DNA of 64,000 bases from Chrysomallon squamiferum (lineage: Eukaryota > Animalia > Mollusca), in contig CM022665.1 of NCBI GenBank assembly GCA_012295275.1, forward strand, positions 4,216,001-4,280,000. Direction: 5' to 3'. The translations under genes were made by a program, and so were the position numbers. Below the pieces are notes generated by a model. That model searched no databases. It was not told the origin of the DNA and saw nothing but the letters and a program-made list of their open reading frames with translations. Below, one piece after another: positions 37,501-50,300 of this stretch (position 1 is the first letter of the stretch; each line of letters starts with the position of its first letter).

Positions 37501-40500
37501 GACTCTCTTGAGGTCTTTGGAGGATGGAAAAATTGCTACATGGATGGGTGGATGAATGGATAACAAATGTAATGTAGTTTTTGTCTACAAGATCTAAACT
37601 ATACCTCAGTTCTCAACAATGTTGAGATGGAAATGTACTCTGTCAAGAAATAATTAAGGAAAAGCTGAATTAAAAGGAAAGTCACTAAAGAGGAACTTTT
37701 TAAAAGATAACATTACTGTAATAAAGTCTATATCAACTCTTTATTTAAAAGGGTTTTCAAAATTCTAATCTATTCAAATATTGCTATTGCTTTTTAAACA
37801 TCTAGGTACAGTGGTGTGCAGAGGTTTTGAAATGCCTGTGGCCAACTCCTAGATAGTATGCCCCAGAAATTCAAATATGTAGCTTAGTATTGTAAAGAGA
37901 AAGGAAGACATCTTAAATATGTAAAACAAATGAAATAAACTTTTAATTCAAATTCAGTATAAATTGGCCACGTTAATTAAGCTTGGTGCCATGCTGTACA
38001 ATAAAGCTAACAGAGACAATTTCAAATTTCAAAACACTTAATTTTAATTTCAGCCCCTTCTGCTCCACATTCTTCATGCCACTGCTAAGTCAACTCTTTA
38101 CCAAATGGTACACCCAAAAGTTTAAACATTTTAATGATGATAATGTAAAATCAAGTCCAAGCAGTTTCTAAATAAAGTCTCAAAATTTGAGGTTTCATAA
38201 CCATAATTTGATTTTTTGTAATGACAGTATTACCAAGTCAGTCATCAGATTTTCTTCAAACTCCTGCTGACGCAAGTATTTCAGTATAAAATTTAAAGTT
38301 TCATAATCATTATCTAATTTTTACCATTTGAATGACAGTATTATAACTAAGTCACTGACCAGATTTCCATCATACCCTCATTAAATAATTATTTCAGTGT
38401 CATATTCTGACAACAAACTTGCATCATGTGAATTCTCAAGCAAAATAATTATACTATTGATTCATTATAATAGCTAGCACAGTACATTATTATCTGTACA
38501 CACATACAGAAAAAGGCAGAGATATGGAAGATATGATTCTTATATATATGTATACATGAATATATTTTTGTTTTGAGAAATATATATTTAGCGAAAAAAA
38601 TCAGATCGAAAGTCAATCTAAATACCTTGAAAGTCTCAACATGTAAGATTATAAAAATCATAAAAGAACTGGTGCATGTTTGGTGGAAATCTCATCAAAA
38701 TGAAGTCTAAAGTAAAAAGTAATGTGACAGATATGAAAAAAAAAAAAAAAAAAAATCAGAAAGGAATCTACTAAAATATTCTTCTTTACTGGCTGCCTAT
38801 CCAAGTCAATTTAAATGAAAAAACAGTCTAAGATTGTAACATTCAGGAAAAAAGTACTGTAATAAACTTTAAATCCTGGATCACTAACAAAATTTTCAAA
38901 TCGTTTATTTTGCAACAAAAACATTGCATGGCATTTCTTTAACTGTTTCAGGAACAAATTTGAAGTCTTTATTCTGTCAGAATTTTTGTTTAATTTTTTT
39001 TTCTCCATAATATCTTTTTACATACTGACAAGAAATTGTTAGGGATTATTGCCAGCATGTTCCAAAAGTAATTCAATTTTCTGTTTCGTCACTTAATTCA
39101 CCAATATTTCTCCTCTGTCAGATCTCATAACTTAGTGAATACTGCAGTGCAAATGTGACAGATAAAAAAAAAAAATAATAATAAAAAAAATTAAAAAAGA
39201 ATAATCTTCAGTTATATTCTGAAACCAATTATTTTTGTGACAGGCGTAAAATGGAGGTAAGCCACTGTCACTACAAATTAATATTATTGGTTATATGTCA
39301 AGATAGAAACATTTAGAAATGTTAACCTTTTTTCTTTTGTACATATTAATTTAAATTGTTTGTATGTATGTATGTATGTATGTATGTATGTATGTATGTA
39401 TGTATACATTTGCAGTGTACATGTGTCTATGTATAGAGTATGCAGAGCATGATAGTGTGTGTGTGTGCGCGTGTGTGTGTGAATGTGTGTGTTTCATAAA
39501 TTTTTGGAATATAAAATATGTTTAATAAAAATATTTAAACACTTGGAAAAGATATATAACAATTAATTCTCATCTAATGACATACCTTTAATGTAAATGT
39601 TTATTTTATACGCTACATCTAGACATTTTTATACAACAACACTTTTATTCAAACACTGCAGTGTTAAAGTACTAGTAACATTTCAGAAATTAATAGTTTC
39701 TTAAACTTAATGTTCTTCGAGTGTCTGGGTTTAGAACATTTGGAATTACTGAATAACAAAGGTTTAAGACTCCAGAGCTTTAACTTTGCCATAAGACAGT
39801 CTGGAACCTTAAAGATATTCTTCTTTTCTTTTTTTTTGTCTTTTTGATTTTCGTTGTATTTATTTGATTTTATTTTTTTTGCAGGACAACTTTTACAATC
39901 TATTTTTTTTATACAGGCCTATTTTCATCATATTTCTTTTTATGCAGGCCTGTTATCATTTTGCCTCTTTTTTCTGTTAAAGCCTATTTTTATGTTTAAT
40001 GTTTATGACATTGATTTACTTTGCCAATACTAGTCTACATATCGGAATTTTTTCAAAGAGGAATAAACTAGATGAACTGATGAGATGCAATTTCCATGGT
40101 CGCAGGATGAATTAAAATACAAGTTGTCTGTTGTATAAGAAACAATAAAGAATCAATGTATTACAGATATATATGTTCAAGGCAATAATGATAATAATAA
40201 TAATAATAATAATAATAATATTAATAATAATAATAATAAAAATTAAACAAAAAGAAAAACAAAATAGAAAGAAAGATAAAAAAAAGAAAAGAAAATAAAA
40301 GAAAAAAGAAAATATAATAAATAAAAGAAGAGTTTTGGTAAAACATAACTGTCATATATCCAGCTTTTTCATTATTTATTTGGAAAGTTTACCAAAACCA
40401 ACATTAAAAATTGAAACAAAGAAGAAAGAAGAAACAGACAAGATTAATTTTAACATTATCAGATATATATTCTTAATCTAAATGATTTTTTAAAATTAAT

Positions 40501-41787
40501 CTTTAAGACAATGAAGTATGATCCTTTCAACATTTCCTTTCTGTTACATAAATTTTATTTTTGTTACATTTTCTGCCATTGCATATGAGTCAAAGAATAA
40601 AACTGTTTTATGTGTATTGTGCATGCAATGATACCAATTTACTTTGCATTCAATGTTCTATAGTTTTCATATTTTGTGGATGATTTTCTGCTTCATTTAA
40701 TTTTAAAAAAAGAAATTTTTAATGTGTATTTATTTACATATGTATGTACTATCTATTTATAGATGCAAAATGTACTGATTATTAAAAACCCCAAAACAAA
40801 AGAGGAAGTAATTGACATGAAATATAATAATTATTTTTAAAAAAGAAAAAGAAGTAAAAATAATTGTCACCACTTTGTGTAGCTTTGATCATTATATAAA
40901 TAGATTTTTTAAAAATCTAAAATAATAAGATTTTAAAAGGTTTCAAGTACTATATAGAGATGAAAGACTCACTGATCATAAAACTTCAAGGAATTCATAT
41001 AAAAACATAGTAATTATTACGTTAATTGTACAAAATAAAAATAATTATCACCACTTCATACCAACTGGTTTTGAACATTAATGAAAAAAAAAAAAAAGAA
41101 TTACCCATAACAATCTTCAGTTGAATATAATTAAATACTTATCTCATTGTGCTCTGATGGTTTTATTGTTATTTGTATTCATGGACCAGTTGTTATTTAA
41201 AGTTAGTGTGATTAGATTTTCTCACAACACAATAATTATTTGTATTACACATAATTTATTATTACAGTGTAAAAGTTGATTATATAACCATGAGTGATAA
41301 TGAAACAAAACATTTATTTTATAACACACTGTTCTGTGGTTAGAATAAATAAATAAAATTATTCATTGTATTTATGAAGCTCCATACTTCCCAGGCAAAG
41401 GCTGTCAAGTAATAAATACCCTAGTAATATGATGCATAAGATATATACATATACATTATATATATATATATATATATAACATGATATATGACAAAGGGTA
41501 TTTCTACATGACTTGATATATAAAATATTGGATATATATAATAATATGACATAGGATATCTCACCATCTCACATAATAAATTATTGTATAGAAATACACT
41601 AATAATATGCCTTAGGTATTTCAGTATGTCACAATATAAAATACTGTATAAAAATACCCGAGTAATTCCCATGGTCTGGTATGATTCTCTCTGAGGCTGT
41701 ATTCCTAGAGACTGGTTTAATGCTGTTTGGGAATTTGAAGTCGGCTGAACATGCTCGGCAACCATCTTGCGTTCAGGGCGTTCAAAT
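26685..41787 (-). CDS. SYT7: Synaptotagmin-7, 5'-partial (linker + C2A + C2B)
   Basis: complement(join(26685..26989,27971..28085,28510..28679,34784..35150,41658..41787)), phases consistent. Syt7-diagnostic segments [47 protein letters not shown] and [11 protein letters not shown]. Transmembrane exon(s) not located in the window. Confidence 0.93.
27030..27275. mobile_element. Possible old SINE-like relic (similar candidates near 425-600, 11195-11370, 49720-49928, 53660-53813, 61845-61970)
   Basis: Mixed-sequence islands of about 125-250 bp, several ending in (CATT)n/(GAAT)n tails, loosely resembling gastropod SINEs from memory. Too decayed to align confidently by eye. Confidence 0.3.
27971..28085 (-). 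CDS. SYT7: SYT7 exon (start of C2B)
   Basis: [38 protein letters not shown], donor GTGAGT. Confidence 0.96.
28510..28679 (-). CDS. SYT7: SYT7 exon (second half of C2A)
   Basis: [29 protein letters not shown]...PCKDSR. Confidence 0.96.
32090..32680. repeat. Highly degenerate minisatellite, about 10 units of 55-64 bp
   Basis: Recurrent AGAAATNCTGTG(TTAT)-like core near 32141, 32200, 32255, 32313, 32377, 32437, 32497, 32555, 32609 and 32672. Confidence 0.75.
33090..33560. repeat. Degenerate purine-rich short-period tandem repeat
   Basis: Recurrent GAGGGAAYAYAGAG / AACACAGAG words with strong A/G strand bias. Confidence 0.55.
34784..35150 (-). CDS. SYT7: SYT7 exon (end of linker + first half of C2A)
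   Basis: [10 protein letters not shown]...[12 protein letters not shown]...[14 protein letters not shown]...WNECFVFE, donor GTAAGT. Confidence 0.93.
36418..36722. repeat. Degenerate ~25-bp tandem repeat
   Basis: Repeated TTAGGATCA(A/G)GATA(T/G)TTTG.TGGT-like units. Confidence 0.7.
37809..38084. mobile_element. Decayed non-autonomous hAT-like element
   Basis: Ends CAGTGGTGTG ... CATGCCACTG (a CAGTGGCGTG TIR with CpG decay on both arms). Flanks CTAGGTA / CTAAGTC resemble an eroded TSD. Confidence 0.55.
38183..38400. repeat. Diverged tandem duplication, 2 x ~107-112 bp
   Basis: AAATTT..GTTTCATAA.CAT ... AATGACAGTATTA ... AAGTCA ... CAGATTT ... TATTTCAGT occurs twice in the same order. Confidence 0.8.
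41658..41787 (-). CDS. SYT7: SYT7 linker exon
   Basis: TTTTAATTTCAG acceptor, [20 protein letters not shown]...MGITR, donor GTATTT. GC/CpG-rich relative to flanks; exit phase 0 matches the next exon. Confidence 0.8.
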
Positions 41788-42588
41788 CTGAAATTAAAAT
41801 GTCCAAAATAACAGGATAATTTTGCTAAAATTGAGGGGAAAACATTTTTTAATATCAAGTTTTGTGGAACAAGATAATTATTATTATGTTTTATTTATAC
41901 TTAACATAAATATGTAACAAAAAAACATTAATATAAAATTAATAACCTGCTCTCCAACAAAAAAACCCCAAAAACCAAAACAAAATCGATCATCTTTTAA
42001 GAGTATTATTTGGTAAAAAAATAATCAGAATTGTGTTTTATGTTCTCAAAAATCGAAAATGAAATAAATAATGAAAAATTGAAAATAAATAAAAAATGAA
42101 AAATATTTACTCCAGGTCAAAATGTAAAAAAAAAAAAAAAAAAAGTAGATTATGGGTACTTTTATTATTTTTGTTTCTTTTTCAAAATGTTTAATACAGA
42201 AAATGATGAATTAATGTGTTTATATAAACACAAAATTACAGTTTAAAACTTCTTTATAGTTGATTTTCTTATTTGTTTATTTATTTATTTTTTTAATTTA
42301 TTTTATTTTATTTAATTAATTTTTATTTTTACATGAAATATAAGTAATTTATGGTTATATGTAACAGTAACATTAAACTTTATTCTTTGGATTGATAATA
42401 CAGTGAAATTTTTTTTTATTAAGAAAAGCAATAAAATCAAAATTTTTTACCTATTATTTTATGTTTTTTTTAGACTAACTTTAAAACAGTTAAGAAAACA
42501 ACAATGAACTCATAAGTTGTTCTTGATTTAGTATCACCTACTATTAGTATAATTATTAATTATCTTGAAAAACATTAATAAAAATAGG

Positions 42589-42639
<51 letters not shown>

Positions 42640-43028
42640 TTAATAACAAGAACAAAACAGCTAGAATTAAAAGATTTATAAATTACTTTAAGAAATATAA
42701 CGTTTAAAAAATATATATATTTTAAAAAATTATATTGAAAAAGAATATTTTAACATTTTAATATAAAAAATAAAATATTTTAACACAATTTTTCAAAATA
42801 TTTAACTTTAACATTGAAATTTAAAACACTTTTACAAAACCTTTGTTTATCCATAATCTTTTTATAACATAAACTTATCAACAATAATGCATATCAAACT
42901 TACATAACACACATTGGATAGCACATACCATATTAACTCACACATAATATACATATATATCTAAACATATTCATGCATGTACATCACTTTCTACCATTTT
43001 AAAGCATAACAGAGTATGCAAAATTTAC

Positions 43029-43061
43029 CTAGTAACCAAGTTTGTAGGTACCAAAACCCAG
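43029..43061 (-). CDS. Candidate 33-nt SYT7 linker microexon (WVLVPTNLVT)
   Basis: (TG)n-TTACAG acceptor, TAG|GTAAAT donor, phase 2-2, open. Confidence 0.45.
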   Translation of the reverse strand: MGFGTYKLGY

Positions 43062-43063
43062 CT

Positions 43064-43116
<53 letters not shown>

Positions 43117-43309
43117 GCACATTTATCCTGCAATCACTTTATGTAGTGCATGATATAATGATTATAGAAAATTCTATATTTTGGTGGAACATACTAAACA
43201 AATTATTTGTTATTTACAAACATCTGTATCTTTATCTTCTGTTATCTATCTATCTATGTTTATATCTATATCTACACAAACATACATACACATTTTGTTT
43301 AGAATTAAT

Positions 43310-43609
43310 TCTTCAGTATTTAATTGCTGGTTTAGATATAAAAAGACAATTTTCAATAAAGTGTTATTATTTAAGAACTATTTTTGCATTTGTGCACAGT
43401 CAAATCAATAAACATGAATCTCCTGATGTTAATTCCATTTAATTTCTGTATTATTTAGGATTGCAGGATAAAAGAAATAAATGGTTATTGTCTTAAAATA
43501 TCAGGCTTTATCCTGCTCAGGTCAAATGGGCCAATGTAGTTAGGCAGAGCCTTGATGAATTGGGTCATTCATACTTTCACAGGATAAAGCCGATATCTTA
43601 CCAGTTATT

Positions 43610-43611
<2 letters not shown>
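43310..43611. mobile_element. Decayed interspersed palindromic repeat, copy 2 (same family as 14500-14813)
   Basis: Arms ATATCAGGCTTTATCCTG / CAGGATAAAGCCGATAT around a central AGGCAGAGCCT mini-hairpin; shares the 16-mer CTTTATCCTGCTCAGG with copy 1. Confidence 0.7.
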
Positions 43612-43650
<39 letters not shown>

Positions 43651-45704
43651 CAAACACCTCTTAATCACATGCTGTTTAACCATCACCTCAGTAGCTAATG
43701 AATGAATAGAAAAAAGATTTTAAATAGAAATACTTGTTAAACCTTTGGCCTTGTAACAGGTTGAAAGATCAAATCCCTAAATTGACTACTATTTATATCT
43801 GATAAAATTGATGCAATTTTTCTTCTATCTAAATAATCCTATACTATGCTAACACTAACACTGTCTTAAGTAGACATTCCAAGGATGTGTACACCACACT
43901 TGTCTCTTCAACATGTTTTACATGGATAAAATTATAGGATTTTATGCAACTCATGGAATTTATATAATAATAATTATTATTACTGTTTTTACTACTGTAA
44001 TTAATCCTTTTATTAATGTTACTATTGTTGTTAATACTTTATTTTTATTACTATTATTTGTGTTATCAGTATTAAGCATAAATATATTTGATTAGTATAT
44101 ATGAATAAATACACAGTAAACATCACTTAATTCATATTATTTGGAACAAATTATTTGCATGAATTATCCAGTTTATCAAAATTATAAAATTTATTATCCA
44201 TATTTTCTTCTTTTTTTAAATTTTTATTTGTAGAAATCATGAATTAAATAACTGGTTCATATAAAATATTAATTAAATAAATAATGAATTAAAATGACAT
44301 CTTAAAAACAACAAAGGCCATCTTAATGAGCTGTCTGGTAATTTGATGAGAAAATGAAAACAAATTTCATTACCACATTGTTCCATCTTAATTCATAGTT
44401 TGCCTGTGGACTGTAAACTTTTCCATAAAATTTACATTTTTTACCACAGTGGATGGTTAAATACATTACATTAATGAATACAATATTCAAAACACATTCC
44501 ACATGTGTTTATATTAAAACTTTATATATGAATTATTGATACAGACATGTATGACTATCTATGTCACTATGAATTAAGTGTTGTATCTGTAAGTGACAAA
44601 CAGAAAATGGATTGAAAAAAATGCTATGAATTATCAGTTAAATGACAATAATCAAAGAATAATAATACAAAAAAAATAATAAATTGCTGTGATGAATATT
44701 TGTATGAATTAAATATTTTTACTATTAAAATGATAAATTAAGTAGAGTTCACTGTATGCATAACAGAATTTTTATTTATTTATTTTATTATTTGGCTCTC
44801 TATTTTTATTACTATTATACACATTAAAAAAAAAGAAAAAAACATTTAACAAGAAAAATATTTGCATAAAAAAAATAACAAAACAAAAAATAAATTATAT
44901 TAAACATTAAAAATAGTTATAAAGATAATAATAATAAAAAGGTATCGAATCTAAAAAATCTTCTGTATTTTGTTATACCACACAGAATTTTGATTTTTGT
45001 GACAACACTGTTAAAACAACAATGCCAATACAACAACAGTTCTTTGTCATTTTTCTCACAGTTTTTAGCTTGTTACAGACAACATTTATGTTCAGATTTT
45101 CTTTATTAAATGTGTTTTTCAGGATGTGTATATCATATCTGTATAGTTTAACATCCAGATACACAGATTAATCTATAAGTATATGCTGTAGATGTGTATA
45201 TGCCTGTGTACTTGAGTATATATCTGCTTTTAGCAGCTTTTTAAAGCAACAATTGTATTGAACAACATATAAGGGATCACAACTAAGGAATAGAACTCCA
45301 TGTAAGATAGGTAAATAAAAAAAAAAATTATATTAAAAAATATATTATTTAAGAATATGAATAATTAGTTAATAATAATAATAGTAATAATATAAAATGT
45401 AAATAGGATAAAATAAGAAAATAACTGCACTGTTAATAAATTAATATGAAGGAAGACAATTCTATTTTACAATGAGTAACTAGTAAAAATAATTTAATAA
45501 ATTTCTACAAAGTAACTGATTTATAATAATACTAATACTTTAATTTGTAAATCTTAGATGGAGTTCTAACACAAACATCAGACTAAACATGAACTACAAG
45601 AGGACTACTATGGGACTTTATGGGACTGTTAATTATATAGTGACAGAACTATAACCATTAGACAGAAGCAAAGACTGGGGGACACTGTTACCACTGATGT
45701 CTAC

Positions 45705-45734
45705 CTTTTCAGAAATCCATTGATAACTCCATTG
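45705..45734 (-). CDS. Candidate 30-nt SYT7 linker microexon (NGVINGFLK)
   Basis: CTAAT branch point + TTTCTTTTATTCCAATTTTCTTCTAG acceptor, AAG|GTAGAC donor, phase 2-2, open. Confidence 0.55.
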
Positions 45735-47331
45735 CTAGAAGAAAATTGGAATAAAAGAAATATTAGTTAAATATGTAAATGTAAAACAAAAATAAAAATA
45801 ATAATGATGATGATGATGATGGTGATGATACAGATGATAATATTAATAACAATAATGATGTTGCTGATGATGATGACAATAATAATAATAATAAATTTGA
45901 AAAATAAGAAAGAAAACTAAGAAAAACAATTAAATAAAAAAATATTTAAGACAATAGTACCAGCATAAATTAAATAACTTGTAATTAAAAATATTAATAA
46001 TCTTGTTTATTTCTGAAAACTAAAATGTCAGAATTACATACATCACCAAACTTCTTTAATCCATAAAAACTATATATATATATATATATATATGATGCAT
46101 TAACACAACTTTTATGTAATAATCCATTTATATACTTATTATATCTGTATAGAGCTTTATATATATATTTCACATTAAGTATACAACACCAATAATGTAT
46201 ATATGTGTATGTGTCTCTATGAAAATATCTGAAATTGTGTGTTGTCAAGGCAAATTCAATGAATATGTGTGTGTGTGTGTGTTTTTGGATGTTTATTTTT
46301 GTGATTATATTGTTTATTATTTGCATCATTTGTGTATGAAAATACAAATGGTATATGTCTATTTATACATACCTCACCACTTATCTAATCTGGAGACTGT
46401 CAGTTTTGGGAACATACCATGTATGTGTGTATATTTGTGTGTGTATGTGTGTGTATACATATGTGTGTGTGTGTAAGCAAATGAGGAAATTTACCACTGC
46501 ACAAATACTTCATTTACTTAACATGTAGCTATGACTTGCATTGGAAAATTCTAGAATCTACAATTACAATACACTACAGACTCAGTTAACATCAATCAAA
46601 GGTGATGGTGGTCACAACACTACCATCTGCACAATTTTTTTCTGTCTTCTGTAGTCTTTTATGACACTTGTTTGAAGCTACAACCACTGAAAAACCAATT
46701 ATAAACTTGGCGACACAAATTAATCTGCAACTGAAGAAAGATGGAGATACACAAGAACACAGAGACACAGACACACAAAACAAAATCAATCCTTTGATAG
46801 ATTCATTCTGATGACTACAGATGCCATTAAAATCTCATCATGTGATTCTGTATCGTATAGATGATTGCCTTGAATATCTTTTATATGAATTGCCATAGAT
46901 TTCTGATTATCAATTACATCAATCTCTCACAATGTTCTGGGATTTGTCTCTGTGTAGTGCTACAGGCTTCCGAGGACTGCAGTTTGGCATTATTCCATAC
47001 AATAAGCAAAATATTCCCTATAGCATATAGAGAATACCATCAACTATCTAGATCATAAACTCAGATGGAGATAAGTTAAGGTTTTGCGCATTTATTGGTG
47101 TGACTGTTTTCATTTTGGGTCAGATCAAAAATGTAGAACTCTGTAACAAGGTACAATCAACTATGGGTGTCATCTGATTTTAATTTTAATTTCTTCCAAT
47201 ACTGCAAAATAACTGTGTGTGTGAGCATATGTTGTGTATGTATGTATGTATGTATGTATGTATATATATGTATATGTATATGTATATGTATATATCTATA
47301 TAAATATATATGTGTGTGTGTGTGTTTTGTA

Positions 47332-47367
<36 letters not shown>

Positions 47368-50300
47368 AAAAGCAATGACAGAAAGAAAAACATCTTTCTT
47401 AAAAAGTTTATGATTTATACTGAAGTTAAACTGTAAGATGATTCATTAAAAAAAAAGGTTTCTACTGAATCCATATTATACAATTTCTTTTTAAATTAAT
47501 GAAATTTTACTTTAAAAAGGAATCTTTAAAATGTCAAGAACAAAGACACAAAAAACTTGATTAAATTGTTTTCTTTCTTTTATTTTTTTGCTAATACTTA
47601 CAAACTGTTAATAACATATTTTAAAAGATTCCCCCGAGCCTATTTCAAGCAATTATTTGACAAACAAAATGCACAGCCCACATCTTCAAACAACGATAAA
47701 AAGCTTACGTATCTAAAGGTTATGATAGACAGATTCAATCATTTATGCCCAAAGAAGGCAATTTTGTAATACTCCTTTCAAATGTCATTTTCTTACAGAG
47801 ATAATTTTGTTCAGATGTCGGTATGCAGGTTTATAGACAATACCCTTATCTAGAGAATAATTTCCTGCTTCTGTGCATTCAGCCTACGACTGTGTGACAA
47901 AATGAAAGTGACATGTTCTAAGCCAACATATTTCTATGATCAATCATTTTTATTATTATTCATTTATGTGAAATATGGAATTAAATTCAGTTAATACATT
48001 GACCTATAAAATAAAATAATAGTTTTGGTCTAAAGTAAGTGTTTTGAGAATTCTCCACATCCTTTGTATACTGATAACTAATCCCAAAACAGTTTATTAG
48101 TCATGATGCCTAGTATAATTATAATTACTATCCAAAACACTAACCCTTACCATGATCCCAAATTAACCATAACCTTTAACCTAGCTCTGTGTATTTTCAC
48201 ACTGTCTTAGGGCTGTAACCATTCAAGATTTCAAACCCAGAAGACATTTTGGATGTTGATTTGAAGACTTTAGTTTTTACACTGAAGCAGTGACAATATA
48301 TCATAACGTAAATACCCTGGACTGTTTTTAAACTGAATCATAATATACAAATTAGTGGTTGAGATTTGTTTTTCAACTGAACTATCTTCATTAGCAGAAA
48401 TACTGAAGATGCTGACCAGTGTGATGAAGTGTACTAATGCCTGCTGGTGTCCTTTGGCTAAAAGTTTAACATTTTTTTTTTTTTTTGATACAGCTCGGCT
48501 GCATCAAACTTGGGTTTTATAAAGGATTCACTATGGCTAAGCTATCTAATTCATATAGTTTGAGTAAAGTATTGAATTCTTTTTCAGGGGGGGAGGATGG
48601 TGGGAACACCAGTGGGTATTGGTTTATACATCAAACTGGTCTTCAGTAATTGTGTTAATGAATGTAATTCATTTGAAAGACCAATGTCTCATTTAGCATT
48701 ATGAAACTCTGTCAAGAAAGACATTACTTCATAATAGAAGCCCTCTAGAGAAAAAGCCATCATAAATAACAGATAATCTGTTTGTTTAACTTAATACTGA
48801 ATGCTGAGGATTTACTCCTCTTGTCAAACATGAATATGAACTGTAATCTATAGGTCTAGACTTTTGTGACAGATTAATATATTTTATTTTATTATTAAAA
48901 GTATCTGTAATAGTTAATAATAAATTTGTTTACATATGAGTGTTTGTATGCATGTGTGTATGTGTGCATGTATGCTTGTGTAACTGTGAGTTTACCATTA
49001 TACCTACATATTAGGTGTAACCATTAAATGCATCTATATTTATCTTATAACAACCTACGTTTTCATCTTTCCATATCTAAATATACATACTCCTACCTAC
49101 CAACTTACCTAAACACAGACAGACAGACACACACACACACACACACACAGATATGAGAATATAAATGTATTAAACATTTATATTATCTAATTCAATCAGT
49201 AAAGCTACTGTCATTTAACTTGATGATAGTATCGACTACCAGATTATAGTGGTTAAAGGTAATGAACATGAGAAATACTAAGAACAAGATACTCAACATT
49301 TACTGTCATCATCTGCCCAACCGATTGCATTTACATATGGAAGGCTCCAAAAACACTCTCTAGGGAATGGTTTTATTGGCAAAGCTGAAAAACACCCTTC
49401 AATTAGTTCACAAAAATCAATTGAGACAGCGAAGACTATAATGAAAAATTAATGTATCAATGCAATGGTCCACCTACCAGCATTTGAGATGTAGATAATG
49501 AAACAAACAATTAAAATAAATAATATAAAAAATTAAATATGTTAAGCGATTTTCTGGGTTATATATGTATGTATTTTTAGACTGTCAGATGACAGTGGAT
49601 GTTCTGAATAAACTCTAAGTTTGCTGAGTACAAGGACTAAATAATTTAGAATATACTGTGTGTAATTACATATGAAAAGAAAAGACAAACAGTCATTGTA
49701 ATAATGTAAATGTAACTTATTGGTAGAGTACTTTCTTTATGTATGACTGGTTTCAAGATCAGTCATTCTCAAGAATGTCCTATCATCTCTACAGGAAGGT
49801 GCATGTAACAAATTTCATTATTCTAATTTATATATGTAGGTGAGTGTTGCTCACAACCCTGTATATTTAACAACCATTAATATGAAAATGGTTTGAGATG
49901 TTAAATACTAGTGTTACTCATTCATTAATTTTCAGACTATGAGAAGGGATGTACCATGGACTTTGATAGTTTGATTAACAGAACTGCCAATAATTTATAG
50001 AATACTGCTTCAGAGTGTGCAGTGTGTATAGTTTAGAAAATGTATTATGCAGCAAAGCAGCAGAAAACAGTCATCAACCCCAGCAAAACTCTTCCATTTT
50101 CAGTTCCTAAAACCAACAGATTTGTAGGAAAGCACAGACCATTAACTTTCATTGTCTGCATGATATACATAAAAAGCCTGTTTCAAAGTGTTAGTAAAGA
50201 TAATTAAGAGAAATGAAACAGGATGGACCATGCAGCAATACTCTTCTGTTTTAAATTTCTAGTATTTACAAGAAAGCTGATACCATGTATGTTCACTGCC

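Noticed and set aside
46373-46391. 12-nt phase 2-2 Syt7 microexon (46378-46389) with overlapping donors GTGAGGTATGT
   Set aside because: Almost no pyrimidine tract, and the branch-like CTGAC is too close to the AG; not supportable without reads.
48140-48185. Telomere-like TAACCC repeats
   Set aside because: Only a few highly degenerate units; cannot support an interstitial telomere or Helentron call.
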